Virus record (IMG/VR): IMGVR_UViG_3300023107_000001
Coordinates: 1-40,815 of that record
Reading direction: 5' to 3' (one strand)
DNA length: 40,815 nt
From: a virus
Part shown: in pieces, positions 7,595-14,674 of the stretch
How positions within the stretch are numbered: position 1 is the stretch's first letter
Layout of the letters: every line of letters begins with the position of its first letter
Position numbers and translations under genes: made by a program
Notes under the pieces: model-generated
What the model was told of the DNA's origin: nothing
Databases searched by the model: none
What the model saw: only the letters and a program-made list of their open reading frames with translations

Positions 7595-8297
7595 TCTTTT
7601 CATTTTTAGAGAAGACAACAGAGAAAAGATAGATCAAGCGCATGTGCGTCGGCTAATAGAGTCTATTAAAGCTAAAGACCTATTACATTTAAGACCTATC
7701 GATGTTAACGATAAAATGGAGATTATAGACGGTCAGCACCGCGTATTAGCTGCTAAATATTTAGGTGTAGAAGTTTACTACAAGAAAGAAGCGAAGTTGG
7801 ACGCAGCGGACATTGTGCGCATGAACATTTCAAAAGCGTGGACAACAGGAGACTATTTAAACTTTTATTGCCATCATCAAAAAGATGAATACATCAAACT
7901 GAAAGCTTTTATGAAAAAGAACAGGCTTACCTTGAAAGTCGCGCTTAATATCGCAATTGGAGAGTCAAAACTAAGCTTCAGTAATTTCAAAGCGGGGGAG
8001 TTTGAATTCAATGAGGGTGAATTAGAATCAGAATTAGGAATATGTTGGAAAACAATAGAATACATTAGAAAGATGAACGGCTATTCAGCTTATACAACTT
8101 CAAGTAGATTTTGGAGAGCGCTACTAAAGTTAATTAATCATCCTGATTTTGATATAGATAAATGGAATGGAAATGTTCAAAAATTAGTAGATCATTTTGC
8201 ACCCAAAGCGCGTACAGAAGACTATATAAAAATGGTTCAAACAATATACAACTGGAAGAATCTAAACAAAATTAGATTAATAGAGGATGATTTATGA
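7569..8297 (+). CDS. ParB/Srx-fold N-terminal domain protein (DGQHR motif)
   Basis: LRPIDVNDKMEIIDGQHRVLAAKYLG. Its stop overlaps the recombinase start as ATGA. Confidence 0.7.
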   Translation: MIEKTKEYDLFIFREDNREKIDQAHVRRLIESIKAKDLLHLRPIDVNDKMEIIDGQHRVLAAKYLGVEVYYKKEAKLDAADIVRMNISKAWTTGDYLNFYCHHQKDEYIKLKAFMKKNRLTLKVALNIAIGESKLSFSNFKAGEFEFNEGELESELGICWKTIEYIRKMNGYSAYTTSSRFWRALLKLINHPDFDIDKWNGNVQKLVDHFAPKARTEDYIKMVQTIYNWKNLNKIRLIEDDL

Positions 8298-9049
8298 AAT
8301 ACCTAGTTTATTTACGCGTGTCAACTGATGAGCAAGAAACAGAAATGCAAATGGAGCTATGTAAAGAGTATGCAAGAAAGAACAACCCCGCTGGCGATTA
8401 CACGATAGAATTTTTCAATGATCAATCGATGTCATCTGGCGTTGAGTATAAAAAACGTACAGAGCTTCAAAAGATGTTATCTTCTATTAAGAAAGGTGAT
8501 ACAGTTTTAGTTTATAAGCTTGATCGACTTAGCCGAGATATAATAGAGATGGTTACAATTTATAGGTTGATAGTTAGAACTCTAGAAGCAAAAGTTGTTT
8601 CTTTGAACGACCCATACAGCGATGAATTTACCGTAGGTTTAATGGGTTTGCTAGCCCAAAAAGAAAGAGATACGACAAGAATTAGGGTAAAAGATGGATT
8701 AGGAAACAAGAAGAATAAAGGCCAAAGATATTCAGGAAAGCTACCATACGGCTATGGAATGCATGAAACTAAATTAGTACCCATCAGGAAAGGGAAGGAA
8801 ATTGTAATGAAGCGCGGTGTGCTTGTTCCCATTGCTGAAGAGCAAAAGGTAATTGCTCTGATGGAGAAACTTGCTGCTGAGGGTAGATCATACCAGGACA
8901 TTGCCACGACTCTAACGCTGTGGGGGCATAAGAGTCGGGAAGAAACTCCATTTCACAAGATGACTGTTTGGCGGATTCTTCAGAGAATAAAAGAAGAAAA
9001 GTTGAAGGGTCGACCTCCAACGGGGAGAGAAGTGGAGTTGATTCATTAA
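8294..9049 (+). CDS. serine recombinase (resolvase catalytic domain plus recombinase domain; no zinc-ribbon or coiled-coil domain)
   Basis: YLRVSTDEQ catalytic serine motif, LDRLSRD, then GQRYSGKLPYGYG...SYQDIATTLTLWG...WRILQR. Confidence 0.85.
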   Translation: MKYLVYLRVSTDEQETEMQMELCKEYARKNNPAGDYTIEFFNDQSMSSGVEYKKRTELQKMLSSIKKGDTVLVYKLDRLSRDIIEMVTIYRLIVRTLEAKVVSLNDPYSDEFTVGLMGLLAQKERDTTRIRVKDGLGNKKNKGQRYSGKLPYGYGMHETKLVPIRKGKEIVMKRGVLVPIAEEQKVIALMEKLAAEGRSYQDIATTLTLWGHKSREETPFHKMTVWRILQRIKEEKLKGRPPTGREVELIH

Positions 9050-9437
9050 TAATGATGATGGTTTTAGGGTGAGGATGGTAAAGCTTTACAGAAGGCCCCA
9101 AACTCACCTTTTGATCTCCATCAAAACAAATAATATCCATACAATCTAAATAAAGTTTAATAAAATTATCAACGTCAGGTTTTTTCTCATGCTTAAGAAA
9201 GCCAGACTGGTAAAGCGAAAGTAACCGATTAGGAATAGATTTAGGTATTGGCATATGAAAAACAAAAGATACACGGGGATGGATAAAAATAGGATTAGAG
9301 CCATAACAACGCTTAATAATATCTTTGAGCTTAGTTTTTTCTTTTTGTCGGGGGTCATACATTCTCCCTATTCCGTTTCTGCCTGAATATTTCATTCTAA
9401 TTTGTGCGATGGGGTCGCCATCAATTATTAATCTCAT
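8784..9437 (-). CDS. rusA: RusA-like Holliday junction resolvase. The RusA domain is roughly 9040-9437. The ORF continues about 85 further codons antisense into the recombinase gene.
   Basis: KKPDVDNFIKLYLDCMDIICFDGDQKV is the RusA acidic catalytic motif (PD.DN..K...D). Confidence 0.7.
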   Translation of the reverse strand: MRLIIDGDPIAQIRMKYSGRNGIGRMYDPRQKEKTKLKDIIKRCYGSNPIFIHPRVSFVFHMPIPKSIPNRLLSLYQSGFLKHEKKPDVDNFIKLYLDCMDIICFDGDQKVSLGPSVKLYHPHPKTIIIINESTPLLSPLEVDPSTFLLLFSEESAKQSSCEMEFLPDSYAPTALESWQCPGMIYPQQQVSPSEQLPFALQQWEQAHRASLQFPSLS

Positions 9438-9439
9438 TT

Positions 9440-9757
9440 TTACCCTGATTTATTTGAGCCTAACTTAAACATATGGCCAAATTGCCTATAAACTTTTTTA
9501 GGCTTGTACTCTTTACACCAAGCGCTATTAGTTTGCTGTATTTTATGTGCTGCTTTACAAATCTGACCGCAAAACTTTTCTGATTTATTTGAGGGCTTAA
9601 ACATTTCGTTACAAACGCCGCAATTTTTAGGTGCATTTTGTACAGGCGTATAAGATCTTTTAGCGGAACACTGTATACAAAAACGCCTAGACCTTACCCC
9701 TCTTAAGAATAAAACTTTACACATTTCACAGGTTTGATATTCTTTATTATCACTCAC
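9440..9757 (-). CDS. double zinc-ribbon protein
   Basis: Four Cys pairs, arranged as two repeats: CEMC...CIQC and CGVC...CGQIC. Confidence 0.55.
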   Translation of the reverse strand: MSDNKEYQTCEMCKVLFLRGVRSRRFCIQCSAKRSYTPVQNAPKNCGVCNEMFKPSNKSEKFCGQICKAAHKIQQTNSAWCKEYKPKKVYRQFGHMFKLGSNKSG

Positions 9758-10025
9758 TTTCGAAACTGTCCATCATTAGATCAACTTTAACATCTACATC
9801 ATTACATCTATTGAGTTCAAATTCTAATATCGATCTTATAACTTTTTTAGCGTCGGGATACTTTTCGCAGTGCCGATCAAGATCAGTATATAAACCCCAC
9901 TGTTGCAGGAAAAATAATGCCGTCATGATCACTTTTTCCGTAAAAGGGTAAATATCATCAGGCGGAATATTCTTAGCTAAATAAGCAACATTTCTTTCAA
10001 ATCTTTCTATAAACTCTTGTTCCAT
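9750..10025 (-). CDS. hypothetical protein
   Basis: ORF with an AGGAG RBS. Confidence 0.5.
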   Translation of the reverse strand: MEQEFIERFERNVAYLAKNIPPDDIYPFTEKVIMTALFFLQQWGLYTDLDRHCEKYPDAKKVIRSILEFELNRCNDVDVKVDLMMDSFESE

Positions 10026-10073
10026 TTTAACTCCTTATTTAGGTCGGTTAACTAAAACCGACCAATTATTAAA

Positions 10074-10397
10074 TCAAAATGGTACATCATCTTCTGGTTT
10101 GATAACATCTTCTGGCGTCATATCAGGATTTTGAGCTAGAAACTTATCAATAGCGCCCATAATTTGATTTCTAAATCTAGTTTTAACACTGTCATTATCA
10201 AAAGTGATAAGGTCAGTATATTTCTTTTCGCCGAATTGGTCCGTAAAATCTTTAGACGGCATACCAATCCAACGATTATTGCCTTTTTGGAAGATCTTTA
10301 CATCAATCAAAGTCATCTTCCATGGTGCAATATGCACGTCGCAAGTAGCTAGTAAACTACCCTTATTAACTGCATTAATGTTTTGTACTTCTAACAT
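10074..10397 (-). CDS. SpoVG-fold-like protein with an SSB-type acidic C-terminal tip (EDDVPF); candidate non-canonical ssDNA-binding or hub protein
   Basis: The start is moved to the ATG at 10397 (GGAG RBS). Motif ..CDVHI..W.MTLIDVKIFQKGNNRWIGMPSKDF. The last residues PEDDVPF resemble the DDDIPF tip of bacterial SSB. Confidence 0.55.
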   Translation of the reverse strand: MLEVQNINAVNKGSLLATCDVHIAPWKMTLIDVKIFQKGNNRWIGMPSKDFTDQFGEKKYTDLITFDNDSVKTRFRNQIMGAIDKFLAQNPDMTPEDVIKPEDDVPF

Positions 10398-10407
10398 ATA
10401 AACTCCT

Positions 10408-11232
10408 TTATAAAATAATTTGCTTTCTTCTTGTTTCACCATTGAACTCGAAAATTTGACCTGTCAAAAATCTATCTGACAAAGCTTGACCGCAAAACTT
10501 ATTTAGTTTTTGTTTATCAAGATTTGTAGTGATAATAGTTCCTCTATTATCCCATTGCATTCTTGTGTTAATAAGATCCATGAAAAACTCTAAAAACTTA
10601 ACTGTTGGTTCTCCAGTGCCGAAGTCATCAACCACTAATAATGGCGTATTAGTAATAGATCTAATATAATTATTCAATCCATCGCTTGCACTTAAATGCC
10701 AGTCACTCGACATTTTTCTTTGAGTTGTAAAAATACAAAGCTCTGACTTTCGTGTGTAAAACTCACAAACACCCATAGCCGCGTAAGTTTTTCCCGTACC
10801 TGGATCGCCGCGCATGAGAATAATGCCTTTAGGCTTGGATGCAAATTTGAGCATATAATCTATTTTCCCTTGCGATTGCCGGATCTCCTCGAATCTTACA
10901 TCGTGATGTATATTGCCGATACCGTTTATTTCGCAAAATAAGGGCCATTCTAGCGATCTTATTACAATAGGCTGTATGGACACAGCATCCACGCTAAAAG
11001 GAAGCTTAGATCCCAAGCAAACGCGTCCGCACCCCCACGCTCTTTTGTCTTTGTCAATCATACACAAGAAAAACCTGGATTCACCGCAAAAAGGACATGT
11101 CAACTCGTCAGACCATGCAGGTGGATCGATAGGTTGGTAACCTTTCGAGCTCATAAAAAAATGAACCAACTTTCGACTACGACCTAAAAAATTATCTAGC
11201 GTATCTTTGCAAATGCCAGAGAGAGTTTTCAT
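10408..11232 (-). CDS. DnaC/IstB-like AAA+ helicase loader with an N-terminal zinc finger
   Basis: Walker A GDPGTGKT, Walker B LLVVDDFG, and CPFCG...CGRVC. The start is moved to the ATG at 11232, which overlaps the upstream stop as ATGA. Confidence 0.8.
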   Translation of the reverse strand: MKTLSGICKDTLDNFLGRSRKLVHFFMSSKGYQPIDPPAWSDELTCPFCGESRFFLCMIDKDKRAWGCGRVCLGSKLPFSVDAVSIQPIVIRSLEWPLFCEINGIGNIHHDVRFEEIRQSQGKIDYMLKFASKPKGIILMRGDPGTGKTYAAMGVCEFYTRKSELCIFTTQRKMSSDWHLSASDGLNNYIRSITNTPLLVVDDFGTGEPTVKFLEFFMDLINTRMQWDNRGTIITTNLDKQKLNKFCGQALSDRFLTGQIFEFNGETRRKQIIL

Positions 11233-12185
11233 AAAGCCCTCTTTTCCGCTTCCTTCCACTTAGCTAAGCTGGCCTCATCATTGGAGCTTGGAGCAAACTT
11301 TCTCACCGGTTGCGAAATCATCTGAGCGTGGATGTTTGTAAAATTATCCCTAAACTTCTCTGCTGGATTAGAGATTTTACCGCCTCTTTTTTTGTTGGAA
11401 CAAACAATTCCTTGCCAACCTTTGAAGCTGTCGCGCTCTACAGTATCGGAGCAAGCCCACTCGAAAGCTCGTAGTAAAATCTTAGGGTCTTGTTGATCTT
11501 TCTCTAGCATCAAAGCCACTTGCTCGTAGAATTTATCCAGCTTGTCTGGCTCCCGGTAGACGGGGCTACATCTCCTAGCAATAGCGATCATCTCAGCTGT
11601 GATTTCTTTCACCTTGGCGGAAAACGCCGCAGGTGGTTTTTCTTTCTTTGGCTTTGGGGAAGAATCAAAACTCACACCCTCGGCGCTAGCCGAATCCTGC
11701 GAAGCAGGTTGTTTTGACTTCCTTTGATTTGAGGAGGTAGGAGGTGTGTTGTTATCTTCTTTGTTATCTACTTTGTTATCTATATAGAGAGGGTGGCGGT
11801 TATCCGCCGGACAGGGTGGCGGATTTTCGCCATGCAGGGTGGCGGATTTTCGCCAGTCTGCTAGGCGGCTAGGAAAATCGTCATCAACAGGCAGCGCTTT
11901 TATCACCCGTTCGCGACCGTTAAAGCTAACATCTTCGATAAGTTTAAGCTGCCTTAACTTGCAAAGGGCGTCTCTAATCGTGCGTTCTTTAACCCCCATA
12001 AAGTTGGCTAAATATTCGTTACTAGCATAACAGCCTTTCTTTTCTTTACTGTAAAGAGAGTCTATTTCAGCCCATAAACATTTTTCCATTGCGGACAAGC
12101 CTTCGCACAACCAAATTTCCCTGGGGATCCAAATCCCTTTGAAATCTCTATTGACTTGCTGGTTTTCTTCTGGATTATTCACCAC
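11229..12185 (-). CDS. replication initiator or replisome organiser (N-terminal winged helix, DnaD or lambda O-like)
   Basis: GTG start behind an AAGGAGGT RBS. wHTH region NEYLANFMGVKERTIRDALCKLRQLKLIE. It lies next to the loader gene and contains iterons internally. Confidence 0.7.
   Translation of the reverse strand: MVNNPEENQQVNRDFKGIWIPREIWLCEGLSAMEKCLWAEIDSLYSKEKKGCYASNEYLANFMGVKERTIRDALCKLRQLKLIEDVSFNGRERVIKALPVDDDFPSRLADWRKSATLHGENPPPCPADNRHPLYIDNKVDNKEDNNTPPTSSNQRKSKQPASQDSASAEGVSFDSSPKPKKEKPPAAFSAKVKEITAEMIAIARRCSPVYREPDKLDKFYEQVALMLEKDQQDPKILLRAFEWACSDTVERDSFKGWQGIVCSNKKRGGKISNPAEKFRDNFTNIHAQMISQPVRKFAPSSNDEASLAKWKEAEKRAL
11749..11854. repeat. Candidate origin inside the initiator gene: 3 x TTGTTATCT (12-bp period, AT-rich) followed by 3 x 23-bp iterons AGGGTGGCGG(A/T)T(T/A)T(T/C)CGCC
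   Basis: Direct reading. TTGTTATCT lies at 11749, 11761 and 11773. The iterons lie at 11790-11808, 11813-11831 and 11836-11854, each with an internal GGCG..CGCC dyad. Confidence 0.6.
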
Positions 12186-12312
12186 TACCTCCTTTCGGAA
12201 ATACTACGACTTCCTGAAAACCGGGATTGCGAAAACATTTTTTTATTATTGTAATTGAAGAGTCTAAACTTTCAGTATTGACGTTTATGTCTTCATTTGT
12301 TAAAAGTGGAGG

Positions 12313-12516
12313 TGTCATCTGTTATCCTTACACGTTGAGTTTAATAGTTGAGGTATCATACTAAGCCTTATAGGTTGAGGGTGATGTGTCATTTGTTATC
12401 CTTTTATGTTGAGGCTAATGGATGTAGGTACCATGTTAATCTTTATAGGTTGAGGGTGAAAGATTTGTCATCGGTTATTCTTACTTATTGAGGTTAATAG
12501 TGTCATACTAAGATCC
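12313..12516. repeat. About 2.7 copies of a 74-79 bp tandem repeat (sub-motifs TGTCAT.TGTTATCC and GGTTGAGGGTGA)
   Basis: Units start at 12313, 12387 and 12466 (the third is truncated). It lies in the 450-nt non-coding gap upstream of the initiator gene. Confidence 0.75.
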
Positions 12517-12634
12517 TTTTGATAAAATTGGGGTTTTTAGTTTTATTGGAAAAAGTTTTGTTATCTGTATATATTCATTTCCGTGCCGGGTGTAAAAACT
12601 CGGCACTGTTCTTTGAATAAGATAACAATAAACT

Positions 12635-12916
12635 TTAGTCATAGTGGCCTGCTTTAACACAAAAGTAGTGCTCGCCGTCCATAGTGTTCATGTGACCATT
12701 GACACGGATTAAAATCCCGTCGTCTACTTCGGTTGAAACAATGAAGCCCATGATTTCGAGTTTTTTGGTTACTGGAGAATCTTGAGCTTTAATTGTCTGA
12801 CCTATACTCAGCTGATGCGCGCAGTAGTCCATCCAGACTTTGGCTGCGCGCGTGCTTTCTCTACAAATAGATTCAAAGCAACGTTCGCAACAGATGAAAT
12901 ACTTACTAGTTTCCAT
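12635..12916 (-). CDS. hypothetical protein (possible winged helix)
   Basis: ORF in the leftward operon. Confidence 0.5.
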   Translation of the reverse strand: METSKYFICCERCFESICRESTRAAKVWMDYCAHQLSIGQTIKAQDSPVTKKLEIMGFIVSTEVDDGILIRVNGHMNTMDGEHYFCVKAGHYD

Positions 12917-13175
12917 TATGCCCCGCTATCGTGACAGCAATACCGTCATTAAAAGGGTGCCATTCTAAAAGGTTTTCGCGCGCTAATTTCTTGATATTTG
13001 TTTTAAATCTGCGCCAATCTTCTGACATGTCAACTTCTACTAAATCGCGTGAAAAGAACACGGTTCCGTCTATATCTGCTCTATTGATGCACTGCAAATA
13101 TGCATATAAAGATTCAGGGCAATGGCGTGAGATCCTCTCTAGGAGTTCTTGTGATGTAACAGCGTAAATATCCAT
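12906..13175 (-). CDS. hypothetical protein (possible winged helix)
   Basis: ORF in the leftward operon. Confidence 0.5.
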   Translation of the reverse strand: MDIYAVTSQELLERISRHCPESLYAYLQCINRADIDGTVFFSRDLVEVDMSEDWRRFKTNIKKLARENLLEWHPFNDGIAVTIAGHNGN

Positions 13176-13199
13176 TTGTGTCCTTAGATCATTTTAATC

Positions 13200-13228
13200 T
13201 AGACAAAATGATAAAGGTCCTGTACAAT
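13200..13228 (+). promoter_or_regulatory. sigma70-like promoter: TAGACA, 17-nt spacer, TACAAT
   Basis: -35 at 13200-13205 and -10 at 13223-13228. It is overlapped by the 20-bp repeat arm 13205-13224. Confidence 0.4.
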
Positions 13229-13374
13229 TTTCGACAGGTACACGTTTCAATGGTATTTAAGTGATGTATCCCTTCTAAAAGACTTACACTTAACTACCAA
13301 TCATGCACCTTTGTCTGTGACTCTTTGTCCCTTCTTATCAGGATCTTTACAGGATCTTTATCATTTTTCCTAAC

Positions 13375-13399
13375 CACCCCCTAACGGGGGTGTTTTTTT
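13375..13399 (+). terminator. Rho-independent terminator, plus orientation
   Basis: CACCCCC-TAAC-GGGGGTG followed by T7. There is no U-run on the minus strand. Confidence 0.65.
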
Positions 13400-13430
13400 C
13401 TACAAAGTTACAATCTTGCCTAAAAAAAGT

Positions 13431-13754
13431 CTACAACAATGTTTTGAAACACTTCTTTTTAGCTTTTCGCTCGTGTAAAAGAATGACTTTTTCACGACTC
13501 ATGTCAAACTTATCAAATATTTGTTTAACTACAATTTCTTGGAATTCATCGGACGTTTTTTTAGATTTCCAATAAGCGTAATGCCGCTTATAAGCGTCTG
13601 TTTCCCACCTTTCCGGCATCCTTACCCAAATTTTAGACCGCGGAGAATAGTACACAAGCTCACACTCTAAGATCAAGGCTCCGTACTGCACAATGACATT
13701 ACCCAGCTTAAATTTGTTTGGGCATATCTCAAACTGTAAAACGGAAACATCCAT
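13431..13754 (-). CDS. SpoVG-fold-like protein (paralog of 10074-10397, without the acidic tip)
   Basis: The start is moved to the ATG at 13754 behind a GGGAGG RBS. Motif ILECELVYYSPRSKIWVRMPERWE. Both proteins are 107 aa. Confidence 0.55.
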   Translation of the reverse strand: MDVSVLQFEICPNKFKLGNVIVQYGALILECELVYYSPRSKIWVRMPERWETDAYKRHYAYWKSKKTSDEFQEIVVKQIFDKFDMSREKVILLHERKAKKKCFKTLL

Positions 13755-13936
13755 ACAACCTCCCAAGAAAATACTTGTCAATCTGACCCATGATCTGCTA
13801 CGGTTAAGTAAAGTTAAAACTTTAATTAATTGGTTTTCAGCATGTTTTATCAAGACGAAAGCAATAAGTATATAGCAGCATTTTTACTATTATCTTTTAC
13901 CGCTATCCTAATTCAAATGCTTCAGAGGAACTTTAC

Positions 13937-14482
13937 ATGATCGACTCTGTAAAGTCTAGAGAAAACTATTTGCGCGTAACCAGCGTACTATATCCATTCA
14001 GTGGTTTACAGGCTATAAACCCCGACATTGTCGCTTATGCCGCTGAGCGCGGAACAAAAGTTCACAAGATTTGTGAGGGAATAGCCGAAGGAATTGGGGA
14101 AATCGGCGTCGAAGATGAGACTTGGGGGTACGTTGAATCATTTAAAAAGTGGTGGGATTCTGGCATAGACGTTGTCAAAATTGAACAACGCTTTTGGGAT
14201 GATGAACTTTACATCACGGGTCAGGTTGATTTTATCACAAATACTGATAAAGGCATGGCTATTGTAGATATAAAAACCTCATCTCGGCCGTCTAAAACCT
14301 GGCAAGCTCAAGGCTCTGCCTACGCCTATTTAGCTAAAAATAATGGCTATGACATCAAAAGAATCATTTTTCTACATCTAAACAAACATGGCAAAGAGCC
14401 GAAGCTATACGAATACCCTGTTGATGATTCATTTTTTCTAGCTATTTTAAGAACTTATAAACATTTCTATCACAAGGATTGA
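13937..14482 (+). CDS. PD-(D/E)XK nuclease (Cas4/RecB-like exonuclease without a Cys cluster)
   Basis: GTKVH, GQVDF, IVDIKTS and QAQGSAYAYL (QxxxY) motifs in the canonical order. It lies upstream of RecT. Confidence 0.7.
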   Translation: MIDSVKSRENYLRVTSVLYPFSGLQAINPDIVAYAAERGTKVHKICEGIAEGIGEIGVEDETWGYVESFKKWWDSGIDVVKIEQRFWDDELYITGQVDFITNTDKGMAIVDIKTSSRPSKTWQAQGSAYAYLAKNNGYDIKRIIFLHLNKHGKEPKLYEYPVDDSFFLAILRTYKHFYHKD

Positions 14483-14483
14483 C

Positions 14484-14672
14484 ATGAACAATTTAAGCGA
14501 TCTTATGCAAGAAAGATTAGACCGCTGGAGGAATAACACTCTTGTAGTGCCTGCCGTATCAAAAGTTAGAAACGAAGCTCCATCTAGACGAAATGGTAAA
14601 AACGATTATGGCGATGCAATGACTCTAGAAGAATGGGAAGCAGAAGCTAAGAAAAGTCAAACTAGGAAATAA
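14484..14672 (+). CDS. hypothetical protein
   Basis: ORF between the nuclease and RecT genes. Confidence 0.45.
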   Translation: MNNLSDLMQERLDRWRNNTLVVPAVSKVRNEAPSRRNGKNDYGDAMTLEEWEAEAKKSQTRK

Positions 14673-14674
14673 CT

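Noticed and set aside
12583-12606. The hairpin GTGCCG-N12-CGGCAC as a terminator for the minus-strand gene ending at 12635
   Set aside because: There is no U-tract on the minus strand. The weak T-rich run is on the plus strand only. The evidence is too weak to call in either orientation.
14551-14573. CTGCCGTATCAAAAGTTAGAAA inside ORF 14484-14672 resembles a type I-F repeat: CTGCCGTAT...TTAGAAA match.
   Set aside because: The 3' stem arm (GGCAG) is missing, so no Cas6f hairpin can form. It lies within coding sequence. I found it only because I was searching for the motif, so it is probably chance or a relic. It would be worth a look only if the locus at 4771-4884 is validated.
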